From Thermoplasmata archaeon (GTDB lineage: Archaea > Thermoplasmatota > Thermoplasmata > UBA10834): a DNA stretch of 64,000 nucleotides. The stretch is from positions 7,495-71,494 of the forward strand of contig JBFFED010000003.1 of NCBI GenBank assembly GCA_041559015.1, in the 5' to 3' direction. The position numbers and the translations under genes are program-made. The notes under the pieces are model-generated. The model saw only the letters and a program-made list of their open reading frames with translations. It did not search any database and had not been told where the DNA came from. Shown piece by piece: positions 1 through 9,081 of the stretch. Each line of letters opens with the position of its first letter. Position 1 is the stretch's first letter.

Positions 1-19
1 GATATTCAAGGCTACCAGG

Positions 20-1543
20 ATGCCTGATAGCGTGAAGATCCTGGACACGACCCTGAGGGACGGGGAGCAGACACCCAACGTCGCGCTGTCGATCGACGAC
101 AAGCTGAAGATCGCACAGGCCCTGGACGAGCTGGGAGTGGACATCATCGAGGCTGGCTTCCCAGTCAACTCCGAGGGTGAGGCGGAGGCCGTGAGGAAGA
201 TCTCCGGCGCGGGCCTCAAGGCGGAGATATGCGGCCTGTGCAGAGCGAGCCCGGCTGACATAGACGCCGCATTGAAGACCGATGTCGACTCGGTTCACAT
301 ATTCCTCGCCACCTCGAAGGTCCACCTGGAGAAGAAGCTCAAGCTCACGCAGGACGAGGCCAGGGACAAGGCCTCCGCATCAGTGCGATACGCGAAGGAC
401 CACGGGCTCGTGGTGGAGTTCAGCTGCGAGGACGGCACCAGGACCGACCTCACCTACCTGAATGTGGTGCACAGAGCGGTCGAGGAGGCAGGGGTGGACA
501 GGATAGACATCCCTGACACCGTCGGTGTCATGACGCCTCATGCGATGCAACAGTTCGTCGCCGAGATCAGGAAGACGACCAAGGTGCCTCTCGCGGTGCA
601 CTGTCACGATGACTTCGGGCTCTCGGTGGCCAACTCGCTGGCTGGCGTGCTCGGGGGCGCGGAGGAGATACACTGCACTGTCAACGGCCTCGGCGAGAGG
701 GCCGGAAACGCGGCCCTGGAGGAGGTCGTCATGGGGCTCCAAGCGTTCTACAACGTCAGTACCAACATCAACTCCAGGAAGATGGCCTTCGTGTCGAGAC
801 TGGTCTCCCAGCTCACAGGCATCGCTGTGCAGCCAAACAAGGCGATAGTCGGGGAGAACGCCTTCTCACATGAGTCGGGCATACACGTCCACGGCATCCT
901 CAGCGAGTGCTCGACATACGAGCCCATGCGCCCTGAGATAGTAGGCAAAGAGAGGACTTTCGTAGTCGGGAAGCACTCGGGAGTGCATGCAGTCGACTCG
1001 AAGCTGAAGGAGTACGGGCTCGAGCTGAACCGCGACCAGATGAAGGAGGTCGTCACCAGGGTCAAGAAGTGGGCCGAGTCCGGCAAGAAACTGGACGACG
1101 CTGAGCTGCTCGCAGTGGCATACGACGTACTTGGCCAGGAGGACGAGCCCGCGATCAAGCTCGAGGAGTTCACTGTCTTCACAGGTCTCAACTTCACGCC
1201 GACCGCCACGGTCGTCTTGAAGATAGATGGGGACATGAGGAGGTCCTCAGAGACGGGCGTTGGACCCATAGACGCCAGCATGAGCGCCATGAGGGCGGCC
1301 GTCTCGAAGAACATCGTCCTGAAGGAGTTCAGGCTCGAGGCCATAACCGGAGGCTCGAACGCGCTCTGCGAGGTGACAGTCAAGCTCGGGGACTGCGAGG
1401 ACGCCCAGCTGCTCTCCCTCGGTAAGAGCGTCGGCTCGGACATAGTCACAACGAGCGTGGACGCGATGGTAGAGGGACTCAACAGACTCTGGGCCCGGAA
1501 ACTCAGCGTCTCGAACGGCAAGACTAAGAAGAAGGCCTACTGA
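20..1543 (+). CDS. leuA: 2-isopropylmalate synthase / (R)-citramalate synthase family (LeuA/CimA)
   Basis: 507-aa ORF with the N-terminal motif ILDTTLRDGEQ, the metal-site context AVHCHDDFG, and a C-terminal LeuA-dimer-type regulatory domain. It heads a leuA-C-D-B run. LeuA and CimA cannot be separated by eye. Confidence 0.9.
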   Translation: MPDSVKILDTTLRDGEQTPNVALSIDDKLKIAQALDELGVDIIEAGFPVNSEGEAEAVRKISGAGLKAEICGLCRASPADIDAALKTDVDSVHIFLATSKVHLEKKLKLTQDEARDKASASVRYAKDHGLVVEFSCEDGTRTDLTYLNVVHRAVEEAGVDRIDIPDTVGVMTPHAMQQFVAEIRKTTKVPLAVHCHDDFGLSVANSLAGVLGGAEEIHCTVNGLGERAGNAALEEVVMGLQAFYNVSTNINSRKMAFVSRLVSQLTGIAVQPNKAIVGENAFSHESGIHVHGILSECSTYEPMRPEIVGKERTFVVGKHSGVHAVDSKLKEYGLELNRDQMKEVVTRVKKWAESGKKLDDAELLAVAYDVLGQEDEPAIKLEEFTVFTGLNFTPTATVVLKIDGDMRRSSETGVGPIDASMSAMRAAVSKNIVLKEFRLEAITGGSNALCEVTVKLGDCEDAQLLSLGKSVGSDIVTTSVDAMVEGLNRLWARKLSVSNGKTKKKAY

Positions 1544-1566
1544 GATACGGGCGTTCATCTGGCGAG

Positions 1567-2829
1567 GTGTGCTCTTTGGGAAGGACCATAGCCGAGAAGA
1601 TACTGTCAACCAAGGCGAAGAGGAGCGTGAGCGCCGGAGACATAGTCGAGGCCGAGGTGGACTATGTGATGGTCAATGACATCACCGGCCCTGCGGCGTT
1701 CGATGAGTTCGAGGGCCTCTGCGCTCCCATCAAGAGGAACAAGGTCGTCCTGATACCGGACCACTACGTGCCCAACAAAGACGTCCCATCGGCGATACAG
1801 GCGAAGAAGATGCGCGACTTCGCCAGGAAGCACAATGTGCGGAACTACTTCGATGTGGGAGAGGGCGGGGTTTGTCACCAGCTCATGATCGAGAAGGGCT
1901 TCGTGGCCCCGGGAAGGCTCATCGTCGGGGCGGACTCCCACACCTGCTCGTATGGCGCCCTCGGGGCGTTCGCGACCGGCATAGGCAGCACAGAGGCGGC
2001 GACGGTGTTCGCGAGGGGGGTACTCTGGTTCAAGGTGCCAGAGTCGATGAAGTTCGTGGTCGACGGAAGACTCAGGAAGCACGTGTCAGGAAAGGACATC
2101 ATACTCAGGATCATAGGGGACATCGGGGTCGAGGGCGCCAGATACGCGTCCATGGAGGTGGAGGGCAGCTCCATATCCGCCCTGGGCGTCTCCGACAGGA
2201 TAACTATCTCGAACATGGGCATCGAGGCTGGCGCTAAGGCGTGCATGATCCCGCCAGACGACAAGGTGGACTCCTACCTCAGGGACAGAGTCCGGGGAAG
2301 GTACAGGGCCGTTCTCGCGGACGAGGACGCAGCATATGTGGATGCGACGGAGTACGACGGAAGCGAGATAGTACCCATGGTCGCGAAGCCATACCTGCCC
2401 AGCAACGTGGCCCCTGCGAGCGAAGTCGGTGTCCCGATAGACCAGGCGTACCTCGGGTCGTGCACGAACGGCCGGATAGAGGACCTCAGGGTTGCAGCGA
2501 GGCTCTTGAAGGGGAGGAGGATTCGAAAGGGCGTCCGAATGATCGTCGTGCCCGCGACGAAGGATATCTTCGACAGAGCAGTGAAGGAGGGCCTTATGAA
2601 GGTATTCTCAGACGCTGGAGCGTACATCTCCGGCCCGACCTGTGGCGCTTGCCTCGGAGGATACATGGGCGTGCTCGCGCCTGGGGAGAGATGCATCAGC
2701 AGCACCAACCGCAACTTCGTCGGAAGGATGGGCGCGAAGGACTCCGAAGTGTACCTCGCGAGCCCTGCGGTCGTGGCCGCGAGCGCGATAAAGGGTCGCA
2801 TAGCCGATCCGTCAGAGGTGCAAAGATGA
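1567..2829 (+). CDS. leuC: 3-isopropylmalate dehydratase large subunit (aconitase family, archaeal LeuC/HacA type)
   Basis: 420-aa ORF with the aconitase-family motifs GADSHT, GSCTNGR and PTCGACLG. Its stop overlaps the leuD start by 4 nt. Confidence 0.9.
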   Translation: MCSLGRTIAEKILSTKAKRSVSAGDIVEAEVDYVMVNDITGPAAFDEFEGLCAPIKRNKVVLIPDHYVPNKDVPSAIQAKKMRDFARKHNVRNYFDVGEGGVCHQLMIEKGFVAPGRLIVGADSHTCSYGALGAFATGIGSTEAATVFARGVLWFKVPESMKFVVDGRLRKHVSGKDIILRIIGDIGVEGARYASMEVEGSSISALGVSDRITISNMGIEAGAKACMIPPDDKVDSYLRDRVRGRYRAVLADEDAAYVDATEYDGSEIVPMVAKPYLPSNVAPASEVGVPIDQAYLGSCTNGRIEDLRVAARLLKGRRIRKGVRMIVVPATKDIFDRAVKEGLMKVFSDAGAYISGPTCGACLGGYMGVLAPGERCISSTNRNFVGRMGAKDSEVYLASPAVVAASAIKGRIADPSEVQR

Positions 2830-3323
2830 AGGGGACACTCAGAGGCAGGGCATGGGTGTTCGGTGACAACGTCGACACCGACCAGATCATCCCGGCGGAG
2901 TACCTCGTCACGATGGACAATCGCGAACTTGCCAGGCATGCCTTCGAGAAGGCGAAGCCCGAGTTCGCGAAGAAGGTCGAGAGAGGGGACATCGTGGTCG
3001 CAGGGCGCAACTTCGGCTGCGGCTCGAGCAGGGAGCATGCGCCTCGGGCCCTCATCGGAGCCGGGGTCTCGTGCGTGGTCGCGGAGTCCTTCGCACGTAT
3101 CTTCTTCAGGAACGCCATCAACATCGGCCTTCCGGTCATAGAGGGACGGCTGCAGGCAAGAGACGGTGACATCATAGTCGCGAACCTATCCAAAGGGGTA
3201 ATCAGGAACGAGTCCAGGGGAGAGAGCGTGAGCTTCGCGGCATATCCTACGTTCGTAATGATGCTGGTCGACAAGGGCGGTCTCATCCCATACACGAAGG
3301 AGATGCTAGGTTGCAGAAGATAG
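2826..3323 (+). CDS. leuD: 3-isopropylmalate dehydratase small subunit
   Basis: Last 165 codons of the 2241..3323 frame. The ATG at 2826 overlaps the leuC stop (ATGA). Swivel-domain motif GRNFGCGSSREHAP is present. The upstream part of the ORF is just an alternative frame of leuC. Confidence 0.88.
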   Translation: MKGTLRGRAWVFGDNVDTDQIIPAEYLVTMDNRELARHAFEKAKPEFAKKVERGDIVVAGRNFGCGSSREHAPRALIGAGVSCVVAESFARIFFRNAINIGLPVIEGRLQARDGDIIVANLSKGVIRNESRGESVSFAAYPTFVMMLVDKGGLIPYTKEMLGCRR

Positions 3324-4429
3324 GGGTCATCCCGGGGGACGGCATCGGCCCCGAGGTCATACGAGAGGCCAGGAAGGTCCTGGACGCGGCATCAGAGAAG
3401 CACGGTCTGGAATTCGAGTACGAAGAGCTCCCTCTGGGGGCGGCGCATTATCTCAAGACGGGTGAGGTGCTCTCGGACGAAACCCTGCAGAGGCTCTCGA
3501 AGAAGAACGCCTTGCTCCTCGGGGCTATGGGGGATCCGAGGGTCCCGCCAGGGCTCCTCGAGAAGGGTGTGCTCCTCAGGCTGAGGTTCCATTTCGACCA
3601 GTACGTGAACCTGAGGCCCGTCAAGCTGTACGAGGGCGTCCCCTCGCCCCTTGCGAACTCAAGGAAGGTCGACATGACCTTCGTGAGGGAGAACACGGAG
3701 GATTTCTACGTCGGCCTAGGGGCGAGGGTCAGGAAAGGGCTCTCGAACAACAAGTTCGACCTGAGGAGGCGGGCCTACGAGGTGAAGTTCGACGTCGGGG
3801 TCGAGCTCGAGGACGAGGACGACCTCGCCTACCAGATAGGTGTCATCTCAAAGCACGGGGCCAGGAGGATCATAGAGTTCGCATTCCAGCTGGCCAAGAG
3901 GAAGGGCGTCGACCTCGTCACATCCGTCGACAAGGCGAACGTCTTGACCGAGGCCTACGGCCTGTGGCGGGAGATGGTCGATGAAGTCTCCGCGAGTCAT
4001 GGCATCGCCAGGGAGTTCCAGTACGTGGACGCCGTCGCTCTGCACATGGTGAGGAACCCCGAGCGCTTCAAGATCCTCGTGACGCCAAACCTCTTCGGGG
4101 ACATCCTGACAGACCTGGGTGCAGCGCTCCAAGGAGGCCTTGGTCTCGCTCCGTCCGGCAACATCAACCCTGTCGGCGTGAGCATGTTCGAGCCAGTCCA
4201 CGGCTCCGCGCCGGATATAGCCGGGAAGGGGATGGCCAATCCGATAGGCGCGATACTCTCGTCAGCTCTCATGCTCGAGATGCTCGGCCATGCGAAGGCG
4301 GCGACGGACATTGAGGATGCGGTCAAGACGGTCCTACGCAGAGGGGACAACAGAACACCTGACATGGGCGGCGACTCGACAACCTCCCGAATGGGGGAGG
4401 CTGTCGTCTCGGAACTACGCATGAAGTAA
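3311..4429 (+). CDS. leuB: 3-isopropylmalate dehydrogenase
   Basis: 372-aa ORF. The N-terminus KIGVIPGDGIGPEV and overall pattern fit the isocitrate/isopropylmalate dehydrogenase family. The TTG start at 3311 overlaps the leuD end by 13 nt. Confidence 0.9.
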   Translation: MQKIGVIPGDGIGPEVIREARKVLDAASEKHGLEFEYEELPLGAAHYLKTGEVLSDETLQRLSKKNALLLGAMGDPRVPPGLLEKGVLLRLRFHFDQYVNLRPVKLYEGVPSPLANSRKVDMTFVRENTEDFYVGLGARVRKGLSNNKFDLRRRAYEVKFDVGVELEDEDDLAYQIGVISKHGARRIIEFAFQLAKRKGVDLVTSVDKANVLTEAYGLWREMVDEVSASHGIAREFQYVDAVALHMVRNPERFKILVTPNLFGDILTDLGAALQGGLGLAPSGNINPVGVSMFEPVHGSAPDIAGKGMANPIGAILSSALMLEMLGHAKAATDIEDAVKTVLRRGDNRTPDMGGDSTTSRMGEAVVSELRMK

Positions 4430-4528
4430 CGCTATCGCTTTGTCCACTCTGGGTCACGCGACCGCGGACCCTGGAGGCTTCGGCCGATTCGCACTTCTCG
4501 ATGTCATTCTGGCATAGTTATAAGTAGG

Positions 4529-4535
4529 TATAAAT
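4529..4535 (+). promoter_or_regulatory. Putative archaeal TATA box upstream of the 4563 ORF
   Basis: TATAAAT lies in an AT-rich patch 34 nt upstream of the GTG at 4563 and 43 nt upstream of the ATG at 4572. Confidence 0.3.
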
Positions 4536-4562
4536 CGATTTGAAGCAAATCAGGACACCTAG

Positions 4563-6029
4563 GTGGATGGGATGACGCAGGTTTTGCCGCTTCAGAAGGA
4601 GAAGGCTCTGGAGGCCGGGGAGTTCCTCACGAACAACGTGTCGAGGGCGGTAGTGTACGCCCTCCTGCACAAGCAGCCGTTGACCAGACGGGAGATTGAG
4701 AAGAGTCCGCTAACGGATTCGATGAGGAGGCTGTCGCTGAGCGCGCAGACGAGACGGCTGAAGGACAAGAGCGACGTCCAGATGAGGACCCTGCTCGCGA
4801 AGGGCGTCGACTGTGGCGTGCTCGTGTCGCTGACCTCGAAGAGGCAGAACTACTACTTCCTGAACTCGGACCTGAGGATAGAGCCGGCACCAATCAGGGA
4901 ACCTTTCGGGAAGACCGACGAGGTGGCCCTCTCGGCGTTCCTCGACAGATCGTTCTCGCACACTCCCGGTCAGGCGGTCCTTCCCAGCTGGGGCACCGCC
5001 GCCGACCACACTATCCTGCCGGTGCCGTACATCGATACCCCGAAATCCCTTGTGCTCTGGCTCAGCTGGCTCATCACCCCGACCAGAAGGGAGATACTCA
5101 ACCTCATCGCCTCGAAGGGGCCGATGACGAGGCCGAAGCTGCGCTCAGACCTCGGCTTCTGGGCAGACCGGATCGTCGCCAAAGAGGGCCTCCCCGCAGG
5201 CATACTGGAGAGAGAGGACGCCAGGATACGCTACCAGTTCTCCACGTTCAGCTTCTCGAAGCTCAAGACGAAGAAGGATGACGAGAGGAAGAAATCCTGG
5301 ACCGCGTTCCCGCCCTCGTTCTGGCTCACGCGCTCATTCGAACCCCTGAAGTGCATCATGGGCATCTCCAAGCATATGGGCGACAGGAAGCCCGACGCGA
5401 CCCCCATGGCCGTCCTGGAGGAGGCGGCCAAGGAGAACCCGACAGTCGTCGAGAAGAACAGGAGGGAATTCCTTGAGGTCAACTTCCTCGAGAGGATGAG
5501 CTTCTACGCGGTGTACCACTCCTCGGGAGACCCCGCGATCAAGATCTCGGCGGACTCGCTCGTGCCCGAGAAGGTCACTTACAACGCGCCCGAGCACCCG
5601 TTGATATGGATATCGAGAACGGATGAGGATCATGCGGGCGCGCGGCTGGACTTCAAGCACGAGGCTGCCAAGATGCTGCTCTCCAAGAGGACAAAGGAAG
5701 AGCAGATAGACTTCATGGAGAGGATGCTCAAGGACCTCGCGCTGGAGAGGATAGGGAGCGTACTCGAGGACCACGAGAAGAAGCTTGAGAAGGACCTCGC
5801 AGAGCTTAGGGCGAGGTCGTTCGGCCTCGGGACAGAGGCGCTTACGAAGGTGGCTGGGCTAGAGGTCAACCGCGAGGAGATACTCATCGAGAAGAGGTAC
5901 TTCGAGAAGTTCATGGACCTACTGATCCCCGGATCGATATCCAAGAAGCGGATGAAGGAGACCGAGCAACTCCTCGAGGCGATTCGTGAGGGGGAGCAGG
6001 CGAAGGACGAGGAGCGCAACCCTGAATAG
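4563..6029 (+). CDS. Hypothetical protein with two winged-helix-like segments and a C-terminal coiled coil
   Basis: 488-aa ORF (GTG at 4563; alternative ATG at 4572). wHTH-like stretches are SRAVVYALLHKQPLTRREIEKS and TRREILNLIASKGPMTRPKLRSDLG. The last ~130 aa are E/K/L-rich heptad-like sequence. No family was recognised. Confidence 0.6.
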   Translation: MDGMTQVLPLQKEKALEAGEFLTNNVSRAVVYALLHKQPLTRREIEKSPLTDSMRRLSLSAQTRRLKDKSDVQMRTLLAKGVDCGVLVSLTSKRQNYYFLNSDLRIEPAPIREPFGKTDEVALSAFLDRSFSHTPGQAVLPSWGTAADHTILPVPYIDTPKSLVLWLSWLITPTRREILNLIASKGPMTRPKLRSDLGFWADRIVAKEGLPAGILEREDARIRYQFSTFSFSKLKTKKDDERKKSWTAFPPSFWLTRSFEPLKCIMGISKHMGDRKPDATPMAVLEEAAKENPTVVEKNRREFLEVNFLERMSFYAVYHSSGDPAIKISADSLVPEKVTYNAPEHPLIWISRTDEDHAGARLDFKHEAAKMLLSKRTKEEQIDFMERMLKDLALERIGSVLEDHEKKLEKDLAELRARSFGLGTEALTKVAGLEVNREEILIEKRYFEKFMDLLIPGSISKKRMKETEQLLEAIREGEQAKDEERNPE

Positions 6030-6041
6030 TCAAGGACTGCA

Positions 6042-6689
6042 TTGGCCTGCGGCGGACCATCTGCGGGCTCGGTGAATCGCTTGGTCGAGGGAGACAAGAG
6101 GGTATCGGCGCTAATCAGAGAGGCCAGAAGGCTCGGAGCGACTCATGCGAAGGCAATCCCCGTCCGAGACATATTCATCGACGAGCGAGTACGGCTCAAG
6201 TGCACGATCCCATTGTGCCAGAACTTCGGCCGGCACCTCACGTGCCCCCCGAACCTGATCTCCCTCGAGGAATTCAGGAGGGCGCTCAAGGCATATCGCC
6301 TCGCGTTGCTCATACAGCTTGAATCTGACGTGGACTCGGAGGACAAATCGAGGCGAAGGCTCGATGGAAAGATGGCCAGCCAGCTCCGCAAGAAGACAGG
6401 AGCGCGCGAGTTGGAGAAGAGGCTGCACGCGATAGTCAATGACCTCGAAGCCATGGCCTTCAAGAATGGATTCTACTTTGCGGCTGGCCTGATCGGGAGC
6501 GAGTGCCTCCTCTGCGAGAATTGCGTTGGACAATCTGGGAAAGAAGCATGCAGGCATCCATTCCAGGCGAGACCGTCGATGCAGGCAGTCGGGATAGATG
6601 TCATCAAGACCTCCGGGAAGGCTGGCCTGCCAGTGATACTGTCTTCAAGGACCAAGGTCAGATGGACCGGGCTCCTGCTCCTGCACTGA
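6042..6689 (+). CDS. DUF2284-family predicted metal-binding protein
   Basis: 215 aa. The pattern DERVRLKC..PLCQNFGRHLTCPP followed by CLLCENC and a further Cys (KEACRHP) matches the Cys-rich DUF2284 layout as I remember it. Confidence 0.7.
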   Translation: MACGGPSAGSVNRLVEGDKRVSALIREARRLGATHAKAIPVRDIFIDERVRLKCTIPLCQNFGRHLTCPPNLISLEEFRRALKAYRLALLIQLESDVDSEDKSRRRLDGKMASQLRKKTGARELEKRLHAIVNDLEAMAFKNGFYFAAGLIGSECLLCENCVGQSGKEACRHPFQARPSMQAVGIDVIKTSGKAGLPVILSSRTKVRWTGLLLLH

Positions 6690-6896
6690 CAGCGCATCAG
6701 GTGTCGGTGGCATTGCGGGTTCCTCATCAGTCGCCCAAATCGCACAGAGACGTCTGCTATTACATAAGACGCATAGTCTTGGAATTGAAGTTGGATGGCG
6801 TCGCCTATCCAGAGCCGAGAGGCCAACATCTTTATCCGGGCATGACATTAGCCCACCTTGACAAGGAGTATAAGCACGCATTAGGATACATTAGAA

Positions 6897-7307
6897 ATGA
6901 CTTATGAATTGCTTATGGATGTGACCGCGATGTTGACGAAGAGGGAGACACAGATACTCGAGGTTCTTAGAAAGGGCATACACTCACCAACCATGGTGGC
7001 GTCGGAACTTGGGATTACGCAATCCGGCGCGACCCAGGCGCTTCAGAAGCTCGAGAAGAAGGGTGCACTCACGAGGACCAGGGTCGGAAGGAACGTGCTA
7101 TACCGGCCGGTCGAGGAACCCAGCCAGCCGAACGGGCCGCAGACAGATGAAGATATCGAACTGATAAGAGAATCGTATCACTCTTTGTCGAAGGTGTGGT
7201 CGCACCTCCTCAGGCTCGATCTGACACACGAGGAACTGGCGAAGGTGAGAGAGGCCAGGAACCTCCTGGAGGAGATACTCGTGAGCAGAGGCAAGAGCCT
7301 GGATTGA
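6897..7307 (+). CDS. MarR/PadR-like winged-helix transcriptional regulator
   Basis: 136 aa with the wHTH ETQILEVLRKGIHSPTMVASELGITQSGATQALQKLEKKGALTR. Confidence 0.7.
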   Translation: MTYELLMDVTAMLTKRETQILEVLRKGIHSPTMVASELGITQSGATQALQKLEKKGALTRTRVGRNVLYRPVEEPSQPNGPQTDEDIELIRESYHSLSKVWSHLLRLDLTHEELAKVREARNLLEEILVSRGKSLD

Positions 7308-7327
7308 GACTGCCAAGACGAGCTAGG

Positions 7328-7705
7328 TCACTTCAGTAGAACGTTGGCCTTCTTCGGGTTGTCTACAGTGAATGCGATCTCGGTCGTGCCACCGTCCTTT
7401 CCCAGTATGTAGACAGCGTCGACGTTCACCATCCCTCGAGCCAGCTTCTGGGCCATCTTGCCGAGCTCCCCCGGCCTGTCAAGCATCCTCACGGATATCA
7501 CATCACGCTGGTCGAAAGCAATTCCGTGCCTGGACAGCGCGGATTTCGTCGTCACCTCGTCGTCCGTGACCACTCGGATCAGGGCCTTCTCGCCACCACG
7601 CTCGCTCGCGATGGCCCTTATGTTCACGCCTTGCTTTCCAAGCAACTCGCATACCTTGGCCAGCTCGCCGGGTCTGTTCTGGACGTAGACGTCGAACTCC
7701 TTCAA
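7328..7705 (-). CDS. Stand-alone tandem ACT-domain protein
   Basis: 125 aa with two ACT-like units (VQNRPGELAKVCELLGKQGVNI and MLDRPGELGKMAQKLARGMVNV). It is collinear with the paralog at 60538..60915. Confidence 0.8.
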   Translation of the reverse strand: MKEFDVYVQNRPGELAKVCELLGKQGVNIRAIASERGGEKALIRVVTDDEVTTKSALSRHGIAFDQRDVISVRMLDRPGELGKMAQKLARGMVNVDAVYILGKDGGTTEIAFTVDNPKKANVLLK

Positions 7706-7779
7706 ACACGAACACCTGAGCAGTCATCGCAACCCTCCGGTAAAAACTGTTCCCCGCGGGCTTCCCGCGGCTCGAACGC

Positions 7780-8943
7780 TCAAGCGGGCTCAGGACCTCT
7801 CGGCAGTTGAACCTTCTTCTTGACCCACCAGTAAGCCAAGTATGTCGCCTCGACAGTGGTGACCGTGAGTATGACCAGGTACCATGTCAACGTCTGAGTA
7901 TCGAGGCCGACAAGCGAACCGAAGATCGTGGCGAGAGTGTTCGGGACCAGGACTGCAGTGCCGAGGATCGTCAGCCAGGTCATGGTCAGCGCCATCCTGT
8001 TGTTCAACACCTGGAGCTGGTTGTTGTAGAGGGCCTGCAGCACCTCCAGGCCGGAGGCCAGCACCTCGGACATGTGCTCGCTGAGGGATATCTGCCTGTT
8101 CACATCCTCGACAAGAAGGCCCACATGGGTGAGCATCTTGGGGCTATCGGAGATCAGTGCCGCGTCCCCGTACCTCAGGGAGTGGAGCACGTCGAGCGTT
8201 CTCCAGAGTGTGTTGAGATAGGAGATGAGCGTGTGCTTCAGGTCGTATATCTGCTTTCCAATCTCCAGTCTGGCCTTGGTGGTGTCAAGGAGGAGCTGGC
8301 TCATGTTGTCCCCCTGCTCCTCGATCTCCCTAAGGTACTCGAAGTTCCTCGAGTTGTTCTCGTCCAGTATCCTGACAAGCAGCATCGTCAGCTTGTCCTG
8401 CAGAGGCATGGACGCCGGCAGCTTGCGCATGAAGGTGTCCGCGTACCTCGCGAACTGCACGAGCCTGACTACCTCTTCGCTGTGGATCGTGACTATCAGG
8501 TCCTTCCTGACCAGTATGAGGAGTGGGTAGGACTGAAGGTCGAGGCCGGTTATCTTGACTGCGGGCACCATGATCCCGATCTCGGTCTCCCTGTCCTCGA
8601 AGCTCGAATGATAACCCTTGAGCATCTCCGGCACCAATGACGCGCTGAAACCTAGCATCGTGGCAATGGCCGAGCCGTCCTTCTCAAGATCGCACACCGG
8701 GAAGTTGACCCAGGCGATCGTGGAATTCTGCAGGGTCGAGATGAACTCGCTTGGGGAATCGCCGAGTATCCTAACAGGCTTGCCCTCGTGAGGGAGGGAG
8801 ACGCACACGGCCTTCGGGAGACCGGCCTTGCACTTGTCCTGGTCGGGGACCGGTTCCCGGGCGGGTTCCGCCCTCTCCTTGACCTGCTTCCTCGTCTCTG
8901 CCTTTGCCCCCTTCGCTGCCAATATTACGCCCTCCGATCGCAC
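7780..8943 (-). CDS. CorA-superfamily divalent cation transporter-like protein (non-canonical signature)
   Basis: 387 aa. It has a CorA-like cytoplasmic domain and two C-terminal TM helices. The loop reads VPNTLATIFGSLVG where CorA has P..T.I.G.YGMNF, so there is no GMN motif. Confidence 0.7.
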   Translation of the reverse strand: MRSEGVILAAKGAKAETRKQVKERAEPAREPVPDQDKCKAGLPKAVCVSLPHEGKPVRILGDSPSEFISTLQNSTIAWVNFPVCDLEKDGSAIATMLGFSASLVPEMLKGYHSSFEDRETEIGIMVPAVKITGLDLQSYPLLILVRKDLIVTIHSEEVVRLVQFARYADTFMRKLPASMPLQDKLTMLLVRILDENNSRNFEYLREIEEQGDNMSQLLLDTTKARLEIGKQIYDLKHTLISYLNTLWRTLDVLHSLRYGDAALISDSPKMLTHVGLLVEDVNRQISLSEHMSEVLASGLEVLQALYNNQLQVLNNRMALTMTWLTILGTAVLVPNTLATIFGSLVGLDTQTLTWYLVILTVTTVEATYLAYWWVKKKVQLPRGPEPA

Positions 8944-9043
8944 CCTTTCGCCGAGGCCTTGGCACCCGTATCCAACGACAGGCCTGAAGTACGTTTCGAT
9001 GCGTCGTAGGGCGGCTAGTCCAGATGCCTCCTTCCATGCATTG

Positions 9044-9052
9044 TTTTAATAT
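9044..9052 (+). promoter_or_regulatory. Putative TATA box upstream of thrS
   Basis: TTTTAATAT lies 30-38 nt upstream of the ATG at 9082. This spacing is compatible with a leaderless or short-leader archaeal transcript. Confidence 0.35.
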
Positions 9053-9081
9053 GCCCCTCGTCATTTCGACGCCCGAGCACC

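Noticed and set aside
748-1521. 257-aa ORF antisense to leuA (also 380..742 and 1247..1609).
   Set aside because: It is a mirror-frame ORF typical of high-GC DNA. Its composition is S/T/A/P-rich and low in complexity. It lies completely inside a strongly supported conserved gene on the other strand.
2241-2825. N-terminal 195 codons of the 360-aa ORF 2241..3323.
   Set aside because: This part is an alternative frame of leuC (Arg/Gly-rich nonsense). Only the portion from the ATG at 2826 matches LeuD.
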